Positions 51,501 to 60,762 of a DNA stretch of 64,000 nt are shown one piece after another. Position 1 is the first letter of the stretch. Each line of letters begins with the position of its first letter. The notes under the pieces were generated by a model. That model was not told where the DNA came from, ran no database searches, and saw only the letters and a program-made list of their open reading frames with translations. Location of the stretch: the NCBI GenBank assembly GCA_026985075.1, contig JALSQX010000053.1, positions 92,773-156,772 of the forward strand. The letters run 5' to 3'. A program made the position numbers and the translations under genes. The stretch comes from Blastocatellia bacterium. GTDB taxonomy: Bacteria > Acidobacteriota > Blastocatellia > HR10 > J050.

Positions 51501-53180
51501 ATGCGACTCGGGATACTCATCGGCAGTTTCATCCTGATCACCGCGTGCACAGCGCCCACCGAATACGACATCGTCATCCGTCACGGCACCATTTATGACG
51601 GCAGTGGATCGCCGCCCTTCATCGGCGATGTCGCCATCGACGGAGACCAGATTGTGGCCGTGGGCTCTCTGGAGCGGGCGCGTGGGCGCCTGGAGATCGA
51701 TGCCACCGGCCTGGCCGTGGCGCCCGGTTTCATCAACATGCTCAGTTGGGCCACCGAGTCGCTCATCGAAGATGGTCGCGCGCAGAGCGACATTCGCCAG
51801 GGAGTCACTCTGGAGGTGTTCGGCGAGGGATGGTCGATGGGTCCGCTGAACGAGCGGATGAAAAAAGAGCTCATCGAACAACAAGGCGACATCACATACG
51901 ATGTCCAATGGACGACGCTCGGCGAATATCTGGACTATCTGGTCAGTCGCGGCATCTCCCCCAATGTGGCTTCATTCGTCGGCGCGACCACCGTGCGCAT
52001 TCATGAGATCGGTTACGAGGATCGTCCGCCCACACCGGAGGAACTCGATCGCATGCGCCAACTCGTCCGCCAGGCCATGGAAGAGGGCGCGCTCGGCGTC
52101 GGCTCATCGCTCATCTATGCGCCGGCCTTTTATGCCCGGACCGATGAACTCATCGAACTCTGCAAAGTGGCCGCCGAGTATGGAGGCATGTACATCTCGC
52201 ACATTCGCAGCGAGGGGAATCGCTTGCTGGAAGCGGTCGATGAACTGATCACTATCGCGCGCCAGGCGCATATCCCGGCCGAGATTTACCATCTGAAGGC
52301 GGCGGGGCGATCCAACTGGAATAAACTCGATGCCGTGATCGAGAAGATCGAGGCGGCGCGCGCCGAAGGGCTCCGCATCACCGCCGACATGTACACCTAC
52401 ACGGCGGGGGCGACCGGTCTGGATGCTGCCATGCCGCCATGGGTGCAAGAAGGCGGTCTCAAAGCCTGGATCGAGCGATTGAAAGATCCGGCCATTCGCG
52501 CCCGCGTCAAACGCGAGATGCGCACGCCGACCGATGAATGGGAAAATTTGCTCCTGGCCGCGGGATCGCCGGAGAACGTCTTGCTGGTGAGCTTCAGGAA
52601 CGAAAAGTTGAAGCCGCTGACCGGAAAGACGCTGGCCGAAGTGGCCCGCCTGCGCGGCACGTCGCCGGAGGAAGCGGCTATGGATCTGGTCATCGAGGAT
52701 GAGAGCCGCGTCGGCACGGTCTATTTCATCATGTCCGAAGAGAACATCCGGAAGAAGATTCGACAACCGTGGGTCAGTTTCGGTTCGGACGCCGAAGCCC
52801 CGGCGCCGGAAGGCGTCTTCCTGAAGTCGAACCCGCATCCACGGGCATACGGGAATTTCGCTCGACTGCTCGGCAAGTACGTGCGCGAGGAGAAGATCAT
52901 CCCTCTAGAAGAAGCCATTCGACGGCTGACCTCGCTCCCGGCGGAGAATTTGAAGCTGGATCGGCGCGGGCGATTGAAGCCGGGATATTTCGCCGACATC
53001 GTCGTGTTCGATCCCGACACCATCCAGGACCACGCCACCTACGAGAATCCTCATCAGTATGCCACCGGCGTGGTGCACGTTTTCGTCAACGGCGTTCAGG
53101 TCCTCAAAGACGGCGAGCATACTGGCGCCACGCCGGGACGAGTGATTCGCGGTCCCGGATGGAAGGGGCGTCGTCAGTGA
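51501..53180 (+). CDS. Amidohydrolase-superfamily protein, D-aminoacylase (N-acyl-D-amino-acid deacylase)-like, lipoprotein signal
   Basis: Strong D-aminoacylase-family similarity (GVGSSLIYAPAFYARTDELIELCKVAAEYGGMYISHIRSEG). Lipobox LITAC. The canonical HxH and Cys metal ligands appear to be replaced. Confidence 0.75.
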   Translation: MRLGILIGSFILITACTAPTEYDIVIRHGTIYDGSGSPPFIGDVAIDGDQIVAVGSLERARGRLEIDATGLAVAPGFINMLSWATESLIEDGRAQSDIRQGVTLEVFGEGWSMGPLNERMKKELIEQQGDITYDVQWTTLGEYLDYLVSRGISPNVASFVGATTVRIHEIGYEDRPPTPEELDRMRQLVRQAMEEGALGVGSSLIYAPAFYARTDELIELCKVAAEYGGMYISHIRSEGNRLLEAVDELITIARQAHIPAEIYHLKAAGRSNWNKLDAVIEKIEAARAEGLRITADMYTYTAGATGLDAAMPPWVQEGGLKAWIERLKDPAIRARVKREMRTPTDEWENLLLAAGSPENVLLVSFRNEKLKPLTGKTLAEVARLRGTSPEEAAMDLVIEDESRVGTVYFIMSEENIRKKIRQPWVSFGSDAEAPAPEGVFLKSNPHPRAYGNFARLLGKYVREEKIIPLEEAIRRLTSLPAENLKLDRRGRLKPGYFADIVVFDPDTIQDHATYENPHQYATGVVHVFVNGVQVLKDGEHTGATPGRVIRGPGWKGRRQ

Positions 53181-53272
53181 TGTCCCGAAGCATGGTCCGC
53201 TGATCGGGTGGATGGTTTCGGCGACGACGTTTCATCCGCGGCGGTCTACTGTATGGGCTCGATGGGCATTCC

Positions 53273-54088
53273 ATGAGTGCGGCAGAGATGAACCAACGTG
53301 AGCACCTCGACACATGCTCTGGTTCAGCTCGGGATCTATTTTACTTCCGTATCAAGGGCGTCCTCGCCCGAATATTCAGTCGCCTGCGCTGTGATGTCGA
53401 AGGGCTGGAATATGTGCCTCAGAGCGGCCCGGCTATCCTGGTGATGAACCACACCGGCTGGGAAGAGATTCTCTGCGCCATCCTGATCGTACCCCGTCCG
53501 ATGAGGATTATCGGTATTCGGGAATTGATGTATCTCGATGATCCCGTGGGACGGGCGCGCATTTTTGATTCGGCGTATGGACGGAGCTTCGGCCCCGTTC
53601 GTCGTGGACTCACTGTTCTGCTGGGAAACGCGCTCGGTGGAGTGGTGCGCCGCCGGCTGCGGGAGTTCGGGTTCATTCCGGCGCGCGTATTCACACCGGC
53701 GTGGCCGCCGCTTCTGGGGAGCAACGGATGGCGCGAGACTGTAGCGGCGCTGGCGGCTGGCGAGCTCGTTCTGCTCTTTCCCGAAGGGGGGTACAAGCGA
53801 GATGGGGTGATGCGACCGTTCAAACCCGGTCTGGGGATGCTGGTGCGCTGGCTCAGCCGCCGTCATCTGGATGTTCCTATCGTGCCGATTGCACAACGGA
53901 CGGCGGGATGCGTTTCCTGGACGCTGGGCCATCGATACACGCCGCGACTCGTTTTCGGTCCGCCACTCACATTCACGTTCAATGGGGAGAACCGGCGGAC
54001 ATTCGATGAACGTGTGGCGCGCACGGTTCAGGATCACATCGATGCTCTTCTCCGTCGCGCCTGGCCCGATGCGCCGTCACAGACATAA
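53273..54088 (+). CDS. Lysophospholipid acyltransferase (PlsC/LPLAT)-family protein with HX4E variant motif
   Basis: Motif I NHTGWEE (HX4E rather than HX4D) and motif III FPEGG. Confidence 0.55.
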   Translation: MSAAEMNQREHLDTCSGSARDLFYFRIKGVLARIFSRLRCDVEGLEYVPQSGPAILVMNHTGWEEILCAILIVPRPMRIIGIRELMYLDDPVGRARIFDSAYGRSFGPVRRGLTVLLGNALGGVVRRRLREFGFIPARVFTPAWPPLLGSNGWRETVAALAAGELVLLFPEGGYKRDGVMRPFKPGLGMLVRWLSRRHLDVPIVPIAQRTAGCVSWTLGHRYTPRLVFGPPLTFTFNGENRRTFDERVARTVQDHIDALLRRAWPDAPSQT

Positions 54089-54182
54089 CGTTCGGCCGGA
54101 TTTGATCGAAGAGCTTTGGTTTTGCCCATGATGCGCTTTAGGCGTATATTTGCGTTACTGAGGTCGTGTATGTAATCGTTAG

Positions 54183-55114
54183 ATGGCATTGAAGCTGGTA
54201 GAGGCAGCTTATATGAGGCGTCCCAAATACAAGTGCCAAGATTTTCTAAATGAGCTTGCTGTGGGCCAAGCGTATGGTATTTTTGTTGATGATACTGGCG
54301 CTCCTGGTCTCACTGATGCACCAGCAAACTTCCATCCCAACCGGAAATCTTGGGTTGCCGTTCCACCATGGCACATGCCTGAAGTTCTTAAGCAGCTTCC
54401 TCGTGCACTATAGGAACTAGAAAAGCTGACAGGGGCCGGAGAGCTTCATTTTGCGGACATTTATGCAGGCCGAAGGGAATTCAGGGAAGTTGATCTCCGG
54501 GTTCGACGTGCGCTGTTTGAGTTTATGGCACATATTTTCTCAGTATATCAATTCCCTATCATTGTTCAGACCTTTGATCCGAAAACGTTATCTTATCTTC
54601 ACTCCCGTAGCCAAGGAGAATTGCCGGACCGCCTTCCGCCCTTTGATTTTACCAAGCCAGAAGACGCAGCCTTTTTTTCTTGCTGATCCGATTGAGGTTG
54701 TTTATGGAGCAAACGCCGGAGTATCCTAAAGTAAAAGCGCATGTATTCGTTGACGAAGGTTGGAAAAGCAATGGTGTTGCAATTAAAATCCCAATATTCG
54801 AAGATGTGTTCAATGATGGATTGGTCTGTTTTTGCCGGAGTTCAACTATCTTGCCTATCCAGCTTGCAGATTTTGCTGCATTCGCTCTAAATCGCACTCA
54901 GCTCGTATGTGGGCGCAACAAACGAAGCCCGTTGGATATGCATTTACTTGAGATTTTATCCAAAGTTGCGAATAACTATGTGAATATTGAGAAAAAGATT
55001 GTTTCATTAGTAGAAGAAGGTCCAATGATTACCTTGGTTGGTACGCGTCCCACGGACCTTATTAATCGCCATCTAACGCCCGCTGCAGTCAACCCGCCTC
55101 CGCCAGCGCTCTAG
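54183..55114 (+). pseudogene. Disrupted gene: one reading frame interrupted by an in-frame TAG (54411) and a frameshift at a T7 run (54672-54678); possible DUF3800-like product
   Basis: Frame 0 is open and protein-like from 54183 to 54686 apart from a single amber codon. A +1 T in the T7 tract would fuse it to the frame-2 ORF 54680-55114. Motifs IFVDDTG / VFVDEGW and IQLADFAAFA suggest the DES...QxxD signature of DUF3800. Confidence 0.4.
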
Positions 55115-55216
55115 CGGGCGGCCGAGCTGGTCGTCAGACCGTTGCTCGCAGGCTCTTCTGCGGATAGAATAACATTAGAATAATACCTGTGCTGTGTAAC
55201 AAGAGTGGACAAGGAG

Positions 55217-55444
55217 ATGAAGAGCAAAATGCAAGCTTATCGAGTCGAAACCACAGTTACCCAAGACGGTACTCTCATCATCAAAGGAGTTCCCTTTCGG
55301 GCAGGAACGAAGGTGGAAGTCATCATCCTCAGCCACTTTCGTAAAGCTGCAAAGGAAGTACGCTATCCCTTGCGAGGTAAGCCGATTCGGTATCTGGCGC
55401 CATTCGAGAGTGTTGCCGAGGATGAGTGGGAAGCACTGTCATGA
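55217..55444 (+). CDS. vapB: VapB-like antitoxin (AbrB/SpoVT-like swapped-hairpin candidate)
   Basis: Small acidic C-terminal tail (SVAEDEWEALS). The stop overlaps the vapC start (ATGA). Start uncertain among GTG 55205, ATG 55217 and ATG 55229. Confidence 0.5.
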   Translation: MKSKMQAYRVETTVTQDGTLIIKGVPFRAGTKVEVIILSHFRKAAKEVRYPLRGKPIRYLAPFESVAEDEWEALS

Positions 55445-55833
55445 TCATGCTTGACACACATATTTGGGTTTGGTGGGTGCATGGAGATTCACATCTTACC
55501 CAAACTCAAATGGAAGCAATTGCTGCACACGAGGAGGATGTGATTGGTGTGAGTGCGATTTCATGTTGGGAAATAGCTAAACTAGTCGAGTATGGTCGTC
55601 TGGAATTGCCCTGTCCACTGGAGGAATGGTTTGAACAAGCGTTGAGTTATCCCGGGATGCACTTACTCCCATTAACGCCGGAAATAGCCATTGAGTCAAC
55701 GCGGCTGCCGGGAAAATTTCATCGTGACCCTGTGGATCAAATCATCGTGGCCACGGCCAGGGTGTCCAATTGCCCACTTGTGACTTCGGATCAGAGGATT
55801 TTGAACTACCCGCACGTTGTAACGATAAGGTAA
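55441..55833 (+). CDS. vapC: PIN-domain ribonuclease toxin VapC
   Basis: MIMLDTHIWVW (Asp4 equivalent), CWEIAKL (Glu), and a third acidic residue in VTSDQRIL. Classic 4-nt overlap with the antitoxin. Confidence 0.8.
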   Translation: MIMLDTHIWVWWVHGDSHLTQTQMEAIAAHEEDVIGVSAISCWEIAKLVEYGRLELPCPLEEWFEQALSYPGMHLLPLTPEIAIESTRLPGKFHRDPVDQIIVATARVSNCPLVTSDQRILNYPHVVTIR

Positions 55834-56182
55834 TCTGCCTAACATCGCGTGTAGCAGACTCACTGTGCTCAGTTGCCTGACTCCCCTGCTGGCACGCCAC
55901 TGATGCTCACAGCAGGCGGAGCAGCCCCTACTATGGATTGAGAAACGTGGTTGCCAATCATTGAGCTTCCAGGCTTTAAGCCTAGAAGCTGGTGAATTAT
56001 TCCTGCGGCCGAAAAATCGATGGTTCGATGAAGAAAAACAACCACGCCCGCCTGACTACCGCAATGGGACATGCCATTGGACGGTTAGCCGAGGTTTTGA
56101 ACTCAATTTCTCCTCTTCACTCTCATCAAGCGATTCGAAGACGAACTACGTAGCCGCGTCAGTCATCAATGGGGATTCGCTT

Positions 56183-57463
56183 TCATCGCCATGCGGCCAG
56201 CGCCGTACGAACGCGACGCCGTTCGCCCACCTCCGTCCACGCGATCACTATCTGAGATCCCGATCGTACCATGCGGGGAAAACCGCTGGCGCGCGACGAG
56301 ACCAATCCGACGGCTCGGACCGGTTCGCTTTGCTCCCCATCGGGAGCGACGCGCCGTATGAATAATCCAGCCTCGCCTCTCTCCTCCTCGGCTTCCATCC
56401 AACTCACTAACGCCGATCCATCATCCAGCATCACCGCATCCACTCGACCCAGCGGCGCGCCTCGATCGACCCTCACGGGCGGAGCGAACGTCCGCCCGCC
56501 ATCAGAAGAAAAAGCGACCTCGACGCGCCTCTTCCCATCCGCTGCCGTGAACCAGGCGACGACCACGCGCTCTCCTCGGGCATCAATAGACGGTCCATTC
56601 ACTGGACAGGCGGGGATTCGCCAACCATCACTATGAACCGGTCGCGGCGCGCTCCACGTTCCTCTTTCGTACCGAACGACGAAAATATCTCGCACCTCCT
56701 GCGGCGAGCGATCGCGATATACGATCAACGCTCGATCTTCGGTCAGCCGAACGGCCGACGTCTGGCAACAGTCGCAGACCAGATCATCGACGAGCATCTC
56801 AGGTCCCCACGTCCCATCGAACCTCAACAGCCGCGCGCGCAATGTCATCTCTTGCTTTCCTGCGGCGAACCGACGTCCATCGAGCCAGACGGCGAGCCAC
56901 TCTCCCCGACGCATCGGTAATAGAGAGACGAAGCCATGTTCGGTCGGCGTCCCATCTTCATGAAGCTTCTTCGGTCGAGTCCAGGTTCGACCACCATCGG
57001 TGGAATGACTCACCATGATCCCGTAGGCATAGGGCTGTCCTCCCGTCCGCACGAGCCAATGAGCGATCAACCGACCATCTTCGCCGACGGCGAGAGACGG
57101 AAAATCGGCCCAATTGACGAACCAGTTTTCGCCCTCGGCAATGGTGTGCGGCGCCGACCAGGCGTCCGCTCCAGGCCTATAGGTGGCGAATCGCAGCGCC
57201 TCTCGCCCCTCATCGCCCGATTCGATCCAGCAGATATACACAACGCCATCCGGCCCCGTGGTGAGATTGGGCTCGCCACTTCCTGGCGCTGACCGAAGGT
57301 CGAGCGCACGAAACGATAAAGAGAAGCCGGGATCATCGATCTCCGACACCTGGACGCATCCGGATGAACTCGCCAGGATCATGAAACCGAACATCCCAAT
57401 GCCGATCCAACCGAACAGGTCAACCAGCACAGAGACGCCAGCAAGCGTACATCGTCGTCGCAT
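56183..57463 (-). CDS. BNR/Asp-box repeat (sialidase-like beta-propeller) lipoprotein
   Basis: Asp-box repeats SHSTDGGRTW and AFSSDGGRTF. Lipobox LASSSGC after ATG 57463, which is preceded by GGAGG. Confidence 0.65.
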   Translation of the reverse strand: MRRRCTLAGVSVLVDLFGWIGIGMFGFMILASSSGCVQVSEIDDPGFSLSFRALDLRSAPGSGEPNLTTGPDGVVYICWIESGDEGREALRFATYRPGADAWSAPHTIAEGENWFVNWADFPSLAVGEDGRLIAHWLVRTGGQPYAYGIMVSHSTDGGRTWTRPKKLHEDGTPTEHGFVSLLPMRRGEWLAVWLDGRRFAAGKQEMTLRARLLRFDGTWGPEMLVDDLVCDCCQTSAVRLTEDRALIVYRDRSPQEVRDIFVVRYERGTWSAPRPVHSDGWRIPACPVNGPSIDARGERVVVAWFTAADGKRRVEVAFSSDGGRTFAPPVRVDRGAPLGRVDAVMLDDGSALVSWMEAEEERGEAGLFIRRVAPDGEQSEPVRAVGLVSSRASGFPRMVRSGSQIVIAWTEVGERRRVRTALAAWR

Positions 57464-57480
57464 GCCATCCTCCACATCTC

Positions 57481-58617
57481 TCAACCGGCGGCTCCGCGGC
57501 CCATCACCTTCCGAAATGCCTGCGCGAAAAGCTCCATCTCCTCCATCGTTCCCAAACTCAGTCGACACCAATTGGTGTATGGTGGGAAGGGTCGCCCGAC
57601 GAGCACGCCGTGCTCTTTCATCGCTTGGCGAAATGCCGTCACCTCTCGTCCGAGATGAAAGAAGACGAAATTCGTCTGCGAGGGGATGTACCGGCGACCG
57701 AGTTCGCCGAGAACCCTGTAGAGATACGTTCGGGCTTCGGCATTCTTTCGACGACTGAAGTCCTGAAACGACGCATCCTGATAGCTGGCAATCGCGGCCC
57801 GCAACCCGAGAATGTTTACGCTGTGATTGGTTCGAAACTGGCCGAGACGGGCGATGATGTCCGGACGAGCCAATCCATACCCGACGCGCAATCCGGCCAG
57901 CGCATGAATCTTGGAGAACGTGCGCGAGACGATCACGTTGTATCCTTCCCGAACCAGATCGATCATCGACGCATATTCTCTCGCCTGGACATAATCGTGA
58001 TAGGCCTCATCGACGAGAACGACCGTTCGGCGCGATATGGCCCGGCAGAACTCACGCAGTTGATCTCCAGGGAGAATTCTTCCGGTGGGATTATTGGGGT
58101 TACAGACGAACACCAACCGCACGGCTTGCGTGATGCGCCGATCCATGGCATCGAGATCGATCTGGAAATCAGCGGTGAGCGGGACGCGATGCACGTAAGC
58201 GCCAATCGTGCGGGCATAATGTTCCAACCCCTCATAGGTCGGATAGGCCGTCAATACCTCTCCTCCTTCCAGGCCGTAGGCTACGCCAGCCATGCGAAGG
58301 ATCTCGTGCGAACCAGCGCCCAAGATGACGTGATCCGGTGAGACGCCCTCTTTCTCAGCGATGAGCCTCTTCAATTCCTCATAATGACCGGAGGGATAGC
58401 GACATCCTTCATCGAAAGCGGTGATCATGGCGCACCGCGCGCGGCGAGAAGGACCATATGGGTTCTCGTTACTATGGAGCCGGATGAACGGCTGGTCGCG
58501 CTCGGGCGATGGCGGAGCGATCCATTCGGCGCCGGAGACATCCCGCCGAACCGCCAGGCTGGCCGCGGCCACAGCACTCACTTTCAACCATTGGCGACGA
58601 TTCATCGGGAGTTTCAT
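57481..58617 (-). CDS. Tat-signal-bearing PLP-dependent aminotransferase (HisC-like, class I/II)
   Basis: Twin-arginine motif NRRQWLKVSAVAAASLA. Aminotransferase class I/II similarity, including a candidate PLP-Lys (SRTFSKIHALAG, Lys assigned from sequence only). Confidence 0.8.
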   Translation of the reverse strand: MKLPMNRRQWLKVSAVAAASLAVRRDVSGAEWIAPPSPERDQPFIRLHSNENPYGPSRRARCAMITAFDEGCRYPSGHYEELKRLIAEKEGVSPDHVILGAGSHEILRMAGVAYGLEGGEVLTAYPTYEGLEHYARTIGAYVHRVPLTADFQIDLDAMDRRITQAVRLVFVCNPNNPTGRILPGDQLREFCRAISRRTVVLVDEAYHDYVQAREYASMIDLVREGYNVIVSRTFSKIHALAGLRVGYGLARPDIIARLGQFRTNHSVNILGLRAAIASYQDASFQDFSRRKNAEARTYLYRVLGELGRRYIPSQTNFVFFHLGREVTAFRQAMKEHGVLVGRPFPPYTNWCRLSLGTMEEMELFAQAFRKVMGRGAAG

Positions 58618-58997
58618 CGGGGACCTCCTGAGATGGGCTGTCGGTACGACTGGCTAAGCTACCAAAAACCCGGAGAGAACGCAAGCGGAGAAGACTCGTT
58701 CAGAACGACGACGAGGGGTGGGAGTCCCGGAGAGGGGCGCTCCAAGGCGCCAACTCTCTCCCACGCTGAGGAATGCCGTGAGCCAGGAAGCGAACCCTAT
58801 GGTCTGTAGGGAAATGCATCGCATGCCTCATCGAGACGCCTCATCACTGGAGAGGCATGACGCGCCACGGCCCGCTCCTCCATCTGCAGACCAGAACTCG
58901 GTGGCGACGAGCAGGCTTCATCGACCTCCGCTCTCGGTGCCGATGAGCGCTCTTTGACCGGATTGATCTCCTCTGGAAGTGTGGCATAATAGTGCCT

Positions 58998-59783
58998 ATG
59001 CCGAAACAGATCGCCGTCGGAGATCAAATACTGCTCTACTCCCCGGATCGGAAGACGTTTCTCATCACGGTGGCCGCCGATCGCACGTTCTCGACGCACC
59101 ATGGTCAATTGCTCCATAATGACATGATCGGCAAGCTCTACGGCGAGATCGTTCACAGCTCGACCGGCCAGCCCTATGTGATGCTCGACCCCACGTTGGA
59201 AGATCGCATGATGAAGGTCAAACGCCTGACCCAGATCATCTATCCCAAGGACGCCGGGCTCATCCTGATCAAGACGGGCGTCGGATCGGGGATGCGGGTC
59301 GTCGAATGTGGCGCGGGCTCGGGCGCGTCGACGTTGGCTCTGGCGCACGCCGTGGCTCCCGACGGCCGCGTTTATGTCTACGACCGGGAAGAGCGCTTCC
59401 TGCGAAATGCGCAAGCCAATGTCGAGCGAGCGGGCTACGGAGATCTGGTGGAATTCAAGATCAGAGATGTCGTCGAGGGATTCGATGAACAAGACGTTGA
59501 CGTCGTCCTGTTGGATCTTCCATCGCCCTGGGAAGGCGTGGAGGCGGCCACTCGAGCGCTCCGTGGCGGCGGGCGCCTCGCCTCCATCCTGCCCACCTAT
59601 AACCAGGTCGAGCGCCTGGTCGAGGCACTGGAGGCCGCCGGGTTCGTCATGATCGAAACGTTAGAAGTCCTGCTTCGCCACATTCTCGCCCGACCGGGCA
59701 AGACGCGACCGTTCGAGCGCATGATCGGTCATACGGGATTTTTGATTTTCGGACGAAAAGCCTTATGGCCTTCGCCCGAGTGA
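58998..59783 (+). CDS. trmI: tRNA (adenine58-N1)-methyltransferase TrmI (GCD14 family)
   Basis: GCD14-family N-terminal domain and SAM motif VVECGAGSGASTLALA. Confidence 0.8.
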   Translation: MPKQIAVGDQILLYSPDRKTFLITVAADRTFSTHHGQLLHNDMIGKLYGEIVHSSTGQPYVMLDPTLEDRMMKVKRLTQIIYPKDAGLILIKTGVGSGMRVVECGAGSGASTLALAHAVAPDGRVYVYDREERFLRNAQANVERAGYGDLVEFKIRDVVEGFDEQDVDVVLLDLPSPWEGVEAATRALRGGGRLASILPTYNQVERLVEALEAAGFVMIETLEVLLRHILARPGKTRPFERMIGHTGFLIFGRKALWPSPE

Positions 59784-59808
59784 ATCCCTCCGAGAAGACC
59801 TCGACATA

Positions 59809-59845
59809 CCCATCACATGGACCCGAACCCATGTGGTCTGATGGG
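59809..59845 (+). terminator. Candidate terminator hairpin after trmI
   Basis: CCCATCACATGG-acccgaac-CCATGTG(gtc)TGATGGG, followed by GGCTGATCTTTCG. Confidence 0.35.
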
Positions 59846-60211
59846 GGCTGATCTTTCGCATACTCATTCGCTCACATTATTAAAAACGCCTTGATTGCGG
59901 CTCTGTTCAGGCATTGCACGCCGGCAGCGAGCGCAACTTTATAAACTGGCGTGATCAGAACGGCAGCGCTTTTGACATCATTTGAGGGGACGACGACTCG
60001 GACGAAGAGCTGTCTTTCCGCCATCGAATGCTCGACAAGCATCGCTGGACGCCGTTCGGCAGGGGCGGCGATGACTCGAAAAGCGGGTGACTCAGCGATA
60101 GCCACACGTTGGGCTTACGAGGGGCCCGTATTGAGGAGAGGCCGGGCTCAACAGTGGCTCGTTCTCACCGCCTCAGCAGACAAGCGAGCATACAGATCGC
60201 TCGGGTTGAGG

Positions 60212-60664
60212 CTATCCGTGGGTCCCCGTCCAACGCTGTCCTGGCGGCGAGCCGCCTTCCAGATCTCGTCGAATCGCGTCCAGTAACCCATTGATGAACT
60301 GCGTCGCTTCATATGTCGAATATCGTCGAGCGATCTCGATCGCTTCATCGATGACCACAACCTTGGGCGTCTCGGGCTCGTGAAGCATCTCATACACGGC
60401 AATGCGCAAGATGTTCCGATCCACGGACGCCATGCGCGGCAACCGCCAGTGAATGGCATGCTCGGAAATGATCCGATCGATCTCCTCCAGGTGCTCCAAC
60501 GCTCCGGTGACCAGACGCGTGGCATAGCGCCGCACGCTCTCATCGGCATTCGGTCGCAGATGCTGCCAGTAGGTTTCAAATAACTCGTCGATCGGCTGCC
60601 GGGCGAACTCGTACTGATACAACAACTGCATGGCCGATTCTCGCGCTTTTCGTCTCGAGCCCAT
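60212..60664 (-). CDS. nusB: Transcription antitermination factor NusB
   Basis: ARESAMQLLYQYEF...VDRNILRIAVYEML. Start taken at the downstream ATG (60664) rather than the track's 60745. Confidence 0.85.
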   Translation of the reverse strand: MGSRRKARESAMQLLYQYEFARQPIDELFETYWQHLRPNADESVRRYATRLVTGALEHLEEIDRIISEHAIHWRLPRMASVDRNILRIAVYEMLHEPETPKVVVIDEAIEIARRYSTYEATQFINGLLDAIRRDLEGGSPPGQRWTGTHG

Positions 60665-60762
60665 AGCCTTTAACTCGATGAGCCGGAAACGATGAACGAT
60701 GCCCGATCGAGGCACGCAAAACCTCGATGACCACTCATCGCTCATCGGGTGAGCTCACCCGA

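Larger units (their letters stand above)
54090..56010. other. Low-GC island (about 30-48% GC versus about 62% in flanks), probable horizontally acquired remnant
   Basis: Manual GC counts of 60-nt blocks give 45% at 54901 and 30% at 54961, against 62% in the block at 53941. Carries a disrupted gene and a vapBC pair. Possible imperfect flanking repeat CGGCCG...ATCGA at 54094 and 56006. Confidence 0.5.

Noticed and set aside
54451-54729. 92-aa TTG-initiated ORF in the low-GC islet
   Set aside because: The translation (RCLSLWHIFSQYINSLSLFRPLIRKRYLIF) looks out-of-frame. The same DNA reads as a plausible protein in frame 0, so it is treated as part of the disrupted gene.
55960-56060. tRNA-like GGTTCGA T-loop-like string
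   Set aside because: No acceptor stem or anticodon arm can be folded around it. No tRNA was found anywhere in the window by eye.
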